From NCBI RefSeq assembly GCF_001447785.1, contig NW_015161468.1, positions 67,971 through 131,970 of the forward strand: 64,000 bases of DNA. The letters are read 5' to 3'. The DNA is from Gekko japonicus. Taxonomy: Eukaryota. Below, in pieces: positions 25,807 through 39,619 of this stretch. The notes below the pieces were generated by a model. It did not search any database. It was not told where the DNA came from and saw only the letters and a program-made list of their open reading frames with translations. The stretch's first letter is position 1, and every line of letters starts with the position of its first letter. Both the position numbers and the translations under genes were made by a program.

Positions 25807-26773
25807 AATGCAAACCCTCTTTCTTTAGCCCTTGGAAGGTCAGTTCTGTGTGGGGAGTCCCTGACTCTAGCGGAGTCAGACTGCAGGCGAGTACCACTGG
25901 GGAGGACCCCCGGAGCACACGCTTAAGCAAGAGCCAAGAGTTGTAAAGGGTCTGCCGCAGGGGAGCCACAGAGACATGGAAGTGGATGAAATGGTGGCCC
26001 TGGTGGAAAGCTCCCCACATTATCCTGCCCCCCTCCCACTCCTATCTCAGGTTCCACCTGCCCTGGAGAGACTCCGTTCTCCCAGCTGATGGTGAGGAAG
26101 GGGAGATTTCTACACTGTCATATTCATTGCAGCACCCAGTTTGGGACTCCTGAGATGGCCTTGGGGATGAGCCGCTCTCCTTCTGAGCTTCGCCTGCCTC
26201 CCAGGGTTATGGTGAGACTAAAACATCCTATGAAATAAAACTGATGAATAAGTAATCCAGCAACAAAAAAGCACAGGCTTGCCTGAGCGGGCAGAGGAAG
26301 GCATGTCTATGAATAACGCTGTCTAACCCTCTAACGCCAAGTCCAAGTGAAAAGGGAAAAATCCAGGTCACGAAGCCACCCAAGCAAAAGCAACCCTGCT
26401 TGCAAATGCAACCACGAGGCAACCTGATAGGTGTGTCTGGCCCCATTTAACCCAGGGGGGGCAGACCTCCATTTCTCAGGGTGGGGTGGGGTTGAACCTG
26501 GTCCAGGCCCACAGTTAGTCATCTACATTAAATTACTTCAACATGAAATAATCTATATTTGCCAAAAAGAAATGCCATCAACAATTAATTACGTTGGTTT
26601 CAAAACATAATTTTTTCACTTCTAATAGTCTGAATCTCAGTCAAAGAAAGCGGAATCTGTAAGAAGAAAGGAAAGATGTCGTGAACTCCTTCACTGAGAC
26701 AATATTTAATTTGCGTATGAAAGGAAATACTCCTCCCCTTCTCTCTTTTCCTCACATCTTAGGCTAAGCGTAT

Positions 26774-27056
26774 GAGAGCCAGTTTGGTGTAGTGGTTAAG
26801 TGCGCGGACTCTAATCTGGGAGAACCGGGTTTGATTCCCCACTCCTCCACTTGCACCTGCTGATGTGACCTTGGGTCAGTCACAAGCTCTGGCACAGCTG
26901 TCCTTGAAAAAGAGCAGTTTGTGTCAGAGTTCTCTCAGCCCCACCCACCTCACAGGGTGTCTGTTGTGGGGAGGGGAAGGGAAAGGAGTTTGTAAGCCGC
27001 TCTTAGACTCCAAGTGAAGGGTGGGGTATAAATCCAATCTCTTCTTCTTCTCTTCT
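26774..27056 (+). mobile_element. tRNA-derived SINE, same family
   Basis: Full-length copy with a (ctt)n tail. Confidence 0.8.
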
Positions 27057-27439
27057 ATGACTGGCCCAGTCTTAGACCAACACTGTAACAGACCGGATAT
27101 ACACAAATCTCCAAAGGCCTCTCAGAATCCACAGTAAATACCAGCTTCCCAGATATGTGACCTGAACGTATCAGAGAATGTGATTGGTTGAAGGAGGGCC
27201 CAGGACAGCGGAACCGCCTCACTTGCCATATCTGGGGAACCAGGTCTATCTTCTGCCCCATGTACAGATGCGCAGGCCCAAAGGCTAAAGCGATAAATAT
27301 TCCTGTCACTTCTATTTTTCTCTAAAGCTGCAAGTCCCAGGATGCCAAAATCACCTTAATTTCCGGTACTTTGTCTGTTTTGATGATCCACAGATTGAGA
27401 CTAGGGGCTTTCCTTCCAAAGACCCCAAGGGAAAAATAC

Positions 27440-27900
27440 CTTAAGACCTTAACAATTTACCAAACTGGCCCCTGGTGGACCCCTCGGAGGTGAAACGCCT
27501 TATTGAGACCCTGAAACCATGGCCCAGATTTAACTCTCCCAGAAATGACAAAACGGAATGCAGTGTGGTGGGTCCCTGTTCTAACCTCACTATTCTTTCA
27601 CATTGATCAGTCTGGAAAAATCCCAAAGGACTGGGGGGTGGGGGTGGCAGCTGCCATCATCCCCTTGTACAAAAAGGGCAATAAGAATGACCCCCGTAAT
27701 TATAGACCAATCCGTTCATTAAGCATAGCGAGTAAACTCTATGCAAGACATCTGTTATGGAAATTTAGAGACTGGTTGGAAAATAACTCTATCCTAGCAG
27801 AGGAACAGGCCGGTTTTAGGGAAGGGCGTTCTACTGTAGATCTGTGCATGCTTTTGGACCACCTGATCGCAAAACATTCCACCTTCTCCCAGTGCTTTGC
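27440..27900 (+). mobile_element. RTE-X-like LINE RT fragment
   Basis: IIPLYKKG...NYRPI...EEQAGFREGRSTVD. Confidence 0.75.
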
Positions 27901-29457
27901 CTGTTTCGATGATCCACAGATTGAGACTAGGGGCTTTCCTTCCAAAGACCCGAAGGGAAAAATAAGGCCAGGCAGGGGAGGGGTTCTCCTGTGGGCCAAG
28001 CAGGGTTGCCAGGTCCCCCCCGGCCATTGGCAGGGAAGAGGGGGGGTAGGGTTGCCAGATGTCATGAAGTCCACCCTCCTAAACATCCACTTTCTCCAGG
28101 GGAACTGATCTCTGTGGTCTGGAGATGAGTTGTAATTCTGGGGGATTCCCCAGGTCCCACCTGGAGGCTGGCACCCGAGTGCCAAGTAAATATCCCAGAG
28201 TCCGGGAGAAGGAACAAGAAGCAGCAGCTGTTCTCCCAGTCTCTCTTGCCACCTGTCCACGGAAGCAAATGCCTGGTACGGAGGCTGATGGGGAAAAGAA
28301 ATTCTTGGAGGCACTGCTGAGATGCTGGCAAAGCTGCCCTCCCACGACAATGGGCAGAGGGTCTCCAGGAGGCCCCTGCTCTGTGCCTTGTTGCCCCTCA
28401 TAAATCAGGAAGCCCATCTCCACGTGCTGGATTTCCTCTTCTGCAGAACGGTTAAAGGAGCCGCCTCCATAGTTCTATCCGCAGGCCACAGGCACTGCCT
28501 TCAACGAGGGCTGCCAACATCCAGGTAAGGCCTGGGAGTCTCCTGGGACTTCAACGGATCTCCAGCCCACAGGCCTCCGTCCCCCTGGAGAAAATGGACG
28601 CTTTGGAGGGGGGGACTCCAAGGCATGGAGGTCCCTTCCCATCTCTGCCTTCCACAGGCTCCATCCCCAAATCTCCAGGAATTTCCCCATCTGGAGTTGG
28701 CAACCCTAGTTTAGAAAATTTTTGAAGTCATGATATTCCAACCAGGTTTTTTGGGGGGGAGGGGGAGGGAAAGGAACTTCTGAGAAAATACACGATACTT
28801 TCCTATCAAACTTATGCTGCAGCTCTAATGATAAAAGCTGCATTTATAACTTGGTGTTCAACGTTGTAGTCTTTGGCATATTCAGGATTTTAAAAGTCTT
28901 CGCTTTCTATAAAAATTTGCAAATGCATCTCAGATATGACAGCGAGTGGGGAGCTCCTACCCTCCACGCAACCTTCACACATGTATCTTATATTTTGCCA
29001 CATGAAAAGAAAATAAATCCTGAAATTAAAAAAAAATTACATATTAAGGTGTTTTTTTTTCCAGTGCTTCCAAAGTGTTCCAGATTTTCCATCAGGAAAA
29101 TGGGGAGAAAGTCCTCAGAATGTTTATGCTGTGAGTAAAAGTGTGCCTGGAAAAGTATTTTACTTATTCCAAAAGGGGAAAAAAAATCATAAGTATTTTT
29201 CGTGCTCCCCCGAATTTCCCATTGGAAAAACTTAAACAAAGTCCTCATAGCCCCACCCCATTCCCCCCCCAGTGTGTGTGTGTGTGGGGGGGGGACCCTC
29301 TGCATTCTCTGCCTTAGTTCTCTTCACCTTGAACCAGCCAGCCAAAAGTGCCCTGTTTCTCTTCACCTCTGACATGCTCAGCAGCAGGCCTAAAAGGGCC
29401 TGGGAACGAAAAAAGAGCAGCCTAGCATCCATAAAATAACAGCTGGGAAACCCGCTA

Positions 29458-30003
<546 letters not shown>

Positions 30004-30322
30004 CTACAGACTCCCTTCTGAAGGGACATGTTGGGTAAGGACTGTGCCCGTATTTCAGTTGCATGAAAATGTCATGCGGGGAGCTTTGCTTCAAGAAAAA
30101 GAGGCACAGACTGGTGGGCCATTCCCCAGAAGCATATGGTGAACCACCCGCTCTCCTAATGTGACGTGTGTTACTATTCCAACATGATTTCATTTCTCCG
30201 TTTCTCAAAGAGTTCTATGTGATCTTACGTTATTATACTACTTCTTGAGGCAACATTTCTTCTGAAGTTTTGGGCAGTGTTAAGGATGGGGTGAAACCCG
30301 TCAGAAACTTTCCCTTGGATAC

Positions 30323-30668
30323 ATAAGGTAAAGGTTCCCTTGCTCGAAAGCCAGTCGAATCCGACTATAGGGTTGCGGTGCTCATCTCCGTTTCAAAGTT
30401 GAAGAGCCAGGGCCTGCCGAAGACGTTTCCATGGTCACCAAGGCGCACTAAACACCAAGGCGCACGGAACGCTGTTCCCTTCCCACCAAAGTGGTATCTA
30501 TTTATCTACTTGCAATTTCTTGCTTTTGAGCTTCTAGGTTGGCAGGAGCTGGGGCCAGAGATGGGAGCTCACTCCATCATGTGGCAACCCGGGTCTCGAA
30601 CTGCTGAACTACTGACCTTCCACAGCCGGCAGTTCAGCGTCTTAACCACTTGAGCCACCGCAGCTCCT
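30323..30668 (-). mobile_element. Sauria SINE
   Basis: aaggtaaaggt tail, ggtgctcatctccgtttc and cccaccaaagtggtatctatttatctac core. cttggatac is repeated at both flanks. Confidence 0.85.
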
Positions 30669-31202
30669 CTTGGATACTTATACACTGGGAAATTTCTATA
30701 GAATGGTATGCTCTGGCAGATTTTGCATTTAAGCTGTTAGAATTCCCCACAGTAGCTATGAGCTCTGCTTGTTCTCTCAATAGTTCTCTGCATACATGCA
30801 AGATCCACTATTAGTACATGGCAACTCCCAAAGGTTTTTGGGTAGGCTTTGGATTGGCAGAGACTATGAAGAAAGCCAAGACCATCGCAGTCTTCCCAGA
30901 AGCTCTGCTGAAAATAATATCCCTTCCTGGAGAGCTGGAGTCTACAGGTTCTTGGAAGCAAGGCACACAGATACTGCAGGGATTTCTAGCACATCCTCCT
31001 CCCACATTTTCTAGGAAGCCTCCTGAAGATCCATGGTGGGGGGAGGTGTAAGAGGCATCAGATCTTGCCTCCTGACAACTGGATGCTAGACGTTTCTTTA
31101 CCAATGCAAATACTACAAAGCTCTGCCTAACACTTCCTTTCCTCCAGTGACCGACCATGATCTCAGGATCTCCTAAGCTGCCATCCCCAACATTCATCTC
31201 AC

Positions 31203-31628
31203 CTCATCTGATCCAGTGTGGAAGATGAGCAAGTCAAACGGGATGGCAGCCACCATGTCGATGAGAAACCAGCCCTTGAAGTAGTGGATGGCGATCTTGG
31301 CTGGGTGGCTTACTACCTCATCGTTGATATTGACGTAGGTAGTGCGGAAGTTGATGATGATGTCAACAATGAACATGATGTCTACAATGAGGTCAATGAT
31401 GTTGAGTGGATCGCATGAGTAACTGCAGTCCAAGTGCATTTCCTCCCGTTCTTCATTGAGCAGGAAGGCAGCTGAGTATGGTGTGAAGACAGCCGTGTAG
31501 ATGACCAGCAGCAAGATCAACCAGTCCCAAACTGCCTTGAAGGGACTGTAGTGTAAAATGGTCCATCGGTGGATGCGTGGTGCCTGCAGCTTGTATTCAG
31601 GGAGGACGTCAGCACCCAGTGACAGGAC
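31203..31628 (-). CDS. KCNH6: KCNH6 exon 5 (S1-S3)
   Basis: [36 protein letters not shown]...[16 protein letters not shown]. Acceptor (ct)n-ggcag, donor GAG|gtgaga, 426 bp, phase 0-0. Confidence 0.97.
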
Positions 31629-31631
31629 CTG

Positions 31632-31676
<45 letters not shown>

Positions 31677-31729
31677 TACAGTGTGGTGATGGATCATTCT
31701 GGAATTCTGCAGCCATAGAAGTTAAGGAA

Positions 31730-31885
31730 TCAATGAAAACACAAATACTGCAAGTGTGCATCCATATATTCATAAATAGTCTTCAATTTTATCAGCATAC
31801 AAACTATTTATGAATATATGGATGCACACTTGCAGTATTTGTGTTATCATTGAATTTTTATACTGCAACCCCTTTATTATCACTT
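31730..31885. repeat. Hairpin-forming insertion with a 15-bp direct repeat
   Basis: 51-bp inverted arms (31730-31780 / 31803-31853). atagaagttaaggaa occurs at 31715-31729 and 31886-31900. Confidence 0.85.
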
Positions 31886-32759
31886 ATAGAAGTTAAGGAA
31901 GGCAGCTGTAATAACCTCTACATTCAAGGGACTTAAGGTGTGAGTGCTGCATATGAGAATTTCACATGCATATCTAAATTACGAAAACAAAAGGAATGGG
32001 AACAAGTAAGGGTGCATACTTTATTATTAATATATTTAATTACTGCAGTCTCAAAAATCTGGTGATTTGCAAACATCAGTAAAATCCAAAAAAGTTTAAA
32101 AAACAATAAAATCAAATTCAATTAGCCTAAAAGTTAGTAGTAATGATAAAATAGTTATAAAACACTTGGCAAGACCTATAAACAAAAGTAAAAGCCACAA
32201 ATTATTATGCGGACACATCACAAAACCCAATAGACTAAACAAAACTTCAATCATGAATGCCTGTGCAAACAATACAACTTTAGTTGAGAAATCAACCAGC
32301 TGTACGGAGGGTTATGAGGAAGGCATTTCACAAATGAGAAGCTACAACAGAAAATGTCCCGTGTTTAAGGTAATTTAGCTTCAAAAAGGTGGGGAAGGAG
32401 TGCTAACAGATTGGTCTCTTGGCTCTGGGAAAGGATGGTTCACCTATGGTGTCTCCTCAACAGTTGTCCATCCCAGCTCTCTTTAGTCAGTATTTTGATA
32501 TCCGTATTTTCCCCTACTGGGGATTAAAGCAGCCCAGAGGAGGCAAAATGGGAACGGGGGACGAATTTATCCCCCTTCCTGGTGCGACAACCCATGTCCA
32601 CATATCCGGAGGCTGCTGGTTCTGGCCATTATGTGAAAGAAAATGAACTAGACAGACCACTGGTGGACCTCCTGGTGGCCCCTGGGTTTTAGCAACTGTG
32701 TGACGCAGAGTGTTGGACTGGATGGGCCATGGGCCTGATCCAGCATGGCTTCTCTTATG

Positions 32760-33945
32760 TTCTGCACACAATATAACATTTGCTACACAGCAGGGCATAG
32801 GCAGTATTTTTCTTAAAAACTGGGCCACAGGTTGATCAATATTATCAGAGATAACTTTGATCCAAATAGCTGAGCCATAAAGAATAAGGGGGAGCACTTT
32901 CAAGTTGAAGGCTTGCAGTTCCAGGAATATACTAAACCCCCCCCCCCCATGGAAAAACATATTTATCACGTTTGCACATGGTTTTTGTAATGTATTCAGC
33001 CTGACATGCCCAGACTTGCCCGGGCTGGCCAGGCACAACTCTTCAATAGCTTCATGTCCAAAGACAATGGGTCCGTAGGATCCTAGCCGGCCCAATCAAA
33101 GGGCCAGCTTCTCAGCCGGGAGACCAATGGTCGCCCGGTTACTGTAAATAGCCTATCGGGAGTAGGGGGTGTGTTTAGGTGTACTTGGTGGCGGGTTTTC
33201 TGAACCTATATAACCAGCCTGCGAGCTGGTCCCTTCGTCTTTGTCCTGAACTAAATAAAGGTATGCTTAGCTGAAATCACTCTCCGTCTGCATACTTTTC
33301 AGTTTTGCTTTCTGGATCGCTGTTCGAAGTTGGGGGGGGTCCAAGATAAATCTGCTGAGAACAGGATCCCCAAGTAGGAGAAGGCCTTAATCTGCTCAAT
33401 ATTGGACCCATTGACTGACCATTGAAGTGGGTTCCATTTCCTGGTCTTAGGTTTCAGATAATTAATCACCAAGCTTTCTCGGGAACAGTAACTGGAGAAA
33501 GATTGCAATGCCCTTTGCAGACCAACTCTCGTTCAAGTCAAAATAACAGCATCATCCGCATAAAGCAGGACAGGGACACAAGTCTCAGCCAGTTTCGGTG
33601 GGTGGCAGCAGTTGTCAAAGACTGATGCTACGTCATTTAGATATAAATTGAATAAAGAAGGTGCCAGCAAACATCCCTGTCATACCCCTTTTTCCAAGTT
33701 AAATAAATTTGTTAAGTGCCCACACCCACAGCATACTTGGGCAGTTGAGCCCAAATACAGTCGCTGGATAAGTCCTAGGAGCCTTTTGTCCATAGTAGTT
33801 CGATTAAGTTTATTCCACAATCTGGAATGACTTGCAGAATCAAAGCGGGGAGGTCAATAAAACCCACATATAACCCCCCCTCCAAAGATGAATAATTCTC
33901 AGCCAAATGGTAGAGTACTACACAATGGTCATATGTCAAAGAACT
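32760..33945 (-). mobile_element. RTE-X-like LINE RT remnant, interrupted by a solo LTR
   Basis: Minus-strand LYVGFIDL, GV.QGCLLAPSLFNLY, LLYADDA, FSYLGILF, LILYGSAIW. Confidence 0.75.
32986..33301 (+). mobile_element. Solo LTR, 316 bp
   Basis: TG...CA ends, 5-bp TSD gtttt (32981-32985, 33302-33306), two CCAAT boxes, ctatataa at ~33206, aataaa at ~33254. Confidence 0.8.
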
Positions 33946-34099
33946 CCACCTAAAACCTGAGCCTCCGGGGAGGGCGGGATAGAAATGTGAAAAATAAATA
34001 AATAAATAAATAAATATATACATATCTGCTTATGCCCCAATGTTGAAAAGCATGCAGACAGAGAAGGGAATACAGAAGGGTTTCTGCAGCATAAATGCG

Positions 34100-34600
34100 A
34101 CTGAGTTGAATTCCCCAGCACCACCTTCTGATACTGAGCAGCCAGGGAAGACTCAAACCACTGGTGCGCAGGTACCCATAGCTGTTCCAGACAGTCCACC
34201 CAAATGAGTCCCATGACAGCCACCAAGAAATCCAGGAGGATCCACAGGGCTGCACTTCCCCTGTATTTTACCCAGTAAAGATTCTCCACCAGGGCACCTA
34301 ACCCAGTCTCATTTCCAAAGCGAAGTTTCTCGCCAGAACTAGGTCCGACACTGGGCTGAAATGCAGCTAGAAAATCCATCTCCTCCAAGAGAGCCTGGGC
34401 ACCGTCAAATACCTTGTCCCTTTTGGATCTAGGGGCTGCTTCTTCAAAACGGGTTTTACATTCACCCTCTCCCCTCTCCCATAATTCATTGGCTTCCTCA
34501 CCCATCCCAACAATCCCCTTTAATAAACTGGGATGCCCCAGGGCTGAGTAGAGATGACCTATGCGGAAGACAGCCAAGCCTACCGTCCTTGGTATCAGAA
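34100..34600 (-). mobile_element. Old L2 LINE RT fragment
   Basis: DFLAAFQ...FGNETGLGALVENL...LLD...QWFESSL..YQKVVLG resembles the L2 RT motif series. Confidence 0.6.
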
Positions 34601-35603
34601 ACCCACCCGAGGGACTGCAGCCAGGTGGTGTTCAGCGCAACCTGAGACGCAACAGCGACATGAGCAGAGCCTCAGTCAGGAGTGCTACGAGTAACTCTGC
34701 CAGAAACTGCCTGGCAAAAACACCACAGAGAGCTGTCGAAGGCCCCAAGCCTGCATCGACAGAGGCTGAGGGAAGAAGCCTTCTTGCTGCACGGGACAGG
34801 TCAGCCAGGCAACTCCACGCAGATGTGGTGGGGTCAGAGACGTGAGCCTGCTTTGCTGCTGCTGCTGCCGCCGCCATCACACAGCAGGTCTGCCCACGGG
34901 CTCGAAGTGCCGCTTGGCTCAAGTCATGTTGAGGTTCTCTCCATTTGCGCTTTAGTCCTCAGCTCTTTCGAGGACACTCGGGAATCACTGGGTCACCTCC
35001 TAAAGAGCAGCCCATTGACAGGAGCACCAACCATGACAGTAGGAAACCACCTGACCATGAGGCCCATCAGAAGTCCATACGGCCAAGGGGGAGGGATCCA
35101 CCACCCTTTCAGAAGTTACAGGAGACCATCAGCCTAAGCCCCAACAACGAATGGTCCGTCCAGGACACAGAAGCCAGGGAAACATCCTATGCCTACAGTG
35201 TAGTCCTAAGCAGAGTTACAGACCCCAGGGACCTTAGAAGGGAGTCTCTCTGCACAGGGTCACACCGCAAGCCATTTAACCCGGAGTCCGTCCAAAGAAC
35301 TCGATGGTGTCAGCTGTTGACATCCCCCCGCCCCCCATCTGTGCAGTGCTGGACTAGGCCCTGGGAGATCCGGGTCCAAATCCCTTGGGCCAGTCACACA
35401 TCCCCCCCCCCCAGACTGACTGATGTCACGGTTGCCATGAAAATAAAATGGCACAGGGAAGAATGATGTCAGCTTCTTTGGATTCCCACTGGGGAGAAAA
35501 GCAGGATATAAATATTCCAATAATATATCTGAAAATGCATTTGCAGCTGATGAAATGGGCTATGGAAGCTTGGGCTATGTTCAGGCTGTTAGTCTTTAAA
35601 GTG

Positions 35604-36080
35604 AACATAAGAGAACATTAAGAGAAGCCATGTTGGATCAGGCAAGTGGCCCATCCAGTCCAACACTCTGCGTCACACAGTGGCCAAAACCCAGGGGCCA
35701 TCAGGAGGTCCACCAGCGGGGCCAGAACTCCAGAAGCCCTCCCGCTCTGGCCCCTCAAGCACCATGAAGACCGAGCATCACTGCCCCAGACAGAGGATTC
35801 CCTCTATCCCTTGTGGCTAAGAGCCACTGATGGACCTCTGCTCTATAGGTTTATCCAGTCCCCTCTTGAAGCTGTCCTCGTTTGTAGCCGCTGCCACTTC
35901 CTGCAGCAGTGATTTCCACGCATTAATGACTCTTTGGGTGAAGAAGGACTTCCTTTGATCTGTTCTAAGCCTACTGCTCATTAATTTATTTGATTGCCTA
36001 TGAGTTCTTGTGAGAAAGGGAGAAAAGTACGTCTTTCTCTACCTTCTCTACCCCGTGCATAATTTTGTAAACCTCTATCT
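35604..36080 (-). mobile_element. CR1 LINE 3' end
   Basis: Reverse-complement homologue of 22915-23380 with an (aacataag)n tail. Confidence 0.85.
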
Positions 36081-39000
36081 TTAACTAATATGGCTTTCCC
36101 TCTAGAATTTGTCTCTGAAATTAACAGCTTAATTTGTGCCAAGAGTTTGTTTTCAACACCAGTGCTGAAAAAGTACCTCTGAGCATGCACAGAGTGTCTT
36201 TTTATCGCCACTGGATAAGTGAGGCATCCTGTCTCTCCACACATTCAATAACTGAGCAGTAAGTTGCCTCTGAGCACATCCTTACGCAGGGATTTTCCAG
36301 TTATAAAGAACAAGCCCACAACCCCCTTCCTCCTAGCACCCCCCCTTGTGAACTTGCGACGAAAACTGACCGGGTGATCTTGGGGGGCCAGCCACACCCT
36401 CTTGGCCTGACCACAGGGTTGCTGCGAGGATCAGGTAGGAGACGGTATAAACCTGCTCTGGATCCTTAGCCGGGAGTAAGGCAAGGTATGAATGAATCAA
36501 ATAAATAAAACAAACTTCCAGCCACCAAAAAACGGAGATTTAAACAACTTCCAAGATCAGGAGAAAACGGCAAGTACATTTAAATTTGTTTTAGATGTTG
36601 ATGCTTTCTCAACATGTTGGCACATTCAGAGGAGTTTGAGAACAGCCTTTCCTCCCCCTCTTCCATTTCCCACCCCCAGAAGCCTCCCCTGCGGCTGGAG
36701 TCCGAGCAGGGCTGGAGTTGGAACGGCCTCTCGTTGGCCCTTCACACGGCAGCTTCTCTGAGAAATGTTCAGAGTTGGGCGGCACGAGAGTCATACAAAA
36801 GTAGGCATCTCAGGCAAGTTGCTTTGCACGGCTCTAGTGCAGTGATATTAACTCAGCAGCGTGGGAGCCACATCTGCCTCTTCTTAGCACTATTCCCCCA
36901 TATTGCACCAACCTGCCCTATGTTTCAGGAAAGCAGGGGAGCCCCTCGCTCCATGTGACTTGTGGTTAAGCAGGTGGTGCCCACCCTGGAACAGCCACCA
37001 CCGGAAGGATGGGCAGGCCGCGAGGCTCTTGCCAGGGAATGTAGGCCTCCGCAAGCTGCAGAGCGGCACTGGGACTCCTATGACCAACCATTAGAAGGGG
37101 AACATTGATGCTCTCAAATCGGAGGGAGCGTGTATGCTGCTCAGGAGCCACAGTTGTTTGTGAGAAACAAAAATTCTCCACAGTGGCTCAGACAGGCAGT
37201 TCCCAGTGGGTAGGCAACAGAAGAAGCAGCAGGAAGTACTGCCACGGCACCCCAAGCTTGTGCAGTAAACTTGTCCTGGACATCCTTGACAAATGGACCC
37301 CCGATGGATGTTGCAGTCCCTAGTGACCCAAGGCTTCGCAGCCCTGAAGACCAGCTCCAGGGGCCCTGGCAGGCAGGCAGGCAGGCAGCAGACCAAGAGA
37401 CTCTGCAGTCTCTCCTGTTATCTCAGGACCAGGTTTGTGCACTCCAAACCAAAGCTTCCACCCATGCAGGAGCCCTGCAGAGAGCGACGGCAGCCCTAAA
37501 GAAGAGGGCTGTTTGGGTTACGGACTCGTTGACGGCGGGCACGAGAAGCGTTTGCTCCTCTCCCCCATTGTTTCTCCTCAGCCTTCTAGGGTATCTCCAA
37601 CTCCTTTTTGGTGTTCTCTCGGAGGGAGAACCCAAAAGTAAGAAGCTCGTCCGTCAAGCCAAGTGGGAAAAGCAATCTCCTTGGCCCACTGGGACTATCT
37701 TGACACGGAAGACTGCAGTGAGATGCTCGACCAGACGCCAGGCGTAAGCCGAACCCTACAGAACTAACAGAGTCTACAAACTCAAAGAAAGCATTACCGA
37801 AGCTAAGTACCTTTAAATTTTTTTCTTTTGGAGGTGTTGAATAACGAGGTATTAGACCGGTAAAAAATAAATAAATTGCTATCTTAAGTAGCTTCAGCAG
37901 AAAGGAGAAATGGGGAAGATTCCCCTTTAAGGCGGCCATTTCAAGTAAAGAGAATAAACGCTAGGAAAAAAAACAGAAAAGGACTATGGAACGGGATAGT
38001 AATAAATTTAACGAAAACCAGGCTCAAATAATATATTACAACTTCTTTCTTTCTCTTCTAGGTTGTTATCGAGTCAATATCGCCGGCGTGAGAGGGAATC
38101 TGCGGAGACGGAGGGGAAGCGGCGCAGCAAAAGGGAGGTGGATCAACAGGCTGGAAAAGGGCCGTGACGAAGGTCTGACGAAGGCAGAGGAGAGGAGAGA
38201 AGGACGGGAGAGCGGCGTGCTGCATGTTCCAGTAGAATGGAGGGAAGATGTAAGACAGAAGACAGGAGAAGTCAACTGAAAGGAGTTAGATAAGACGGTC
38301 CCAGAGACATTACTATTGACAATTTACAAACTGAGACAATAATATAGGAGAAAATAAAAGAATATCTAATTATAAAAAGGAACCAGAGGGTAGAGGGGGA
38401 AAGGAAAAGATATACCTGGTAAAACTAGATAGCAGTCAAAACAAATGGCCACTGGAACTAGTGGATCTAGAAAAGCATCTATAACCTTTCCAGGGCAGAC
38501 ACCCTCACAAATTCAACTTAAACTTAACACAATGAGTGTCACCCAAATGTCTATGAAAGATTTAGAAAACTTCATTCAAGAAAGTATATCTCAGATTTTT
38601 AAAACCACAGTAGATACAACACTACCCACACTAATTAAGAATGAAATGTTACCCATTAAAACAAAAATGGAGGAAATAGCACAACAGATTAAGACAGACA
38701 TTGCAGATATTAAAAAGCAGATAATTGAAAACAAGCAAGAAATATTAAAAATAGCAATAGCCTGTAATAACACGGAGGATAAAGTTCAAGATATAGATCA
38801 TGAAGTACAAGAATTAAAACTGAAATCTGACAGAATGGAAGAAACTCTAATAACTCTTGAGATGGATAAAGCTGCCCTGATATTAAGATGTCAAAATATT
38901 CCTGAAACAATAGAGAAAAACCTTAAAGAAGACTTAATTCAGAACTTAAATGAACAACTCAAATTAGGAACATATGAAGAAGTAGAACGAGAAATAGACA

Positions 39001-39129
39001 GTACATACAGGAAAAATTCATCGTATGCAAGGAGAAACAAAACACCCAGGGACGTATTCATTAAATTCAATAAAAGGGAAATGAGGGACAAGATCCTTAG
39101 AGCAGCAAATGAATTGGGTACCTACCTTA

Positions 39130-39619
39130 GATGGTAGGGGGCACCCTCCCCCGTCGAGGGGGTTTATGGAGTATCGGTGGCAAGCGGTGAACCGCAGAAC
39201 GGCGAGCGGCAAAAAGTTGGCGACTGAGTGCAACATCTACGGTGGACCGGACATGGCGGAATGCGGAGCCAAGAGACGCGAGGATTGCGGAAGGCGCAGG
39301 CGCGGCGGAGCCTAAGCGGACGGAGCCGGAGCCGTGCCGGAGCGTACCGCGTGCCAGAGGGGCCTGCTGATCCACCACCGGAAGACCATGAGGAGAAGGA
39401 GGAAGTGAGAGCCGGAAGCCTGGAAGCCGAGCCAACAAGCCGACCGGGAGGAAGAAGATCAACAAAGACCCTCCACAGGGTGTCGGTAGGGCAGTCCCCA
39501 TCCCCGGTATATGTGGCCATAGGTAGGGATAATCGATTAACTATAAGCCGCTCAGAGACCCCCTGGAAGTGGGGTTCGAGCGGGGTAGAAAGTTGAAAGA
39601 TAAAAAATTAAATTAAATA
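39130..39619 (+). mobile_element. CpG-rich short retroposon with an L2-type tail, inserted in L1 ORF1
   Basis: Abrupt GC shift. Ends aagccgctcagagaccc...gcggggtagaaag plus an A-rich tail. ORF1 resumes (VKILKDVPWKVRE) at ~39620. Confidence 0.6.
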
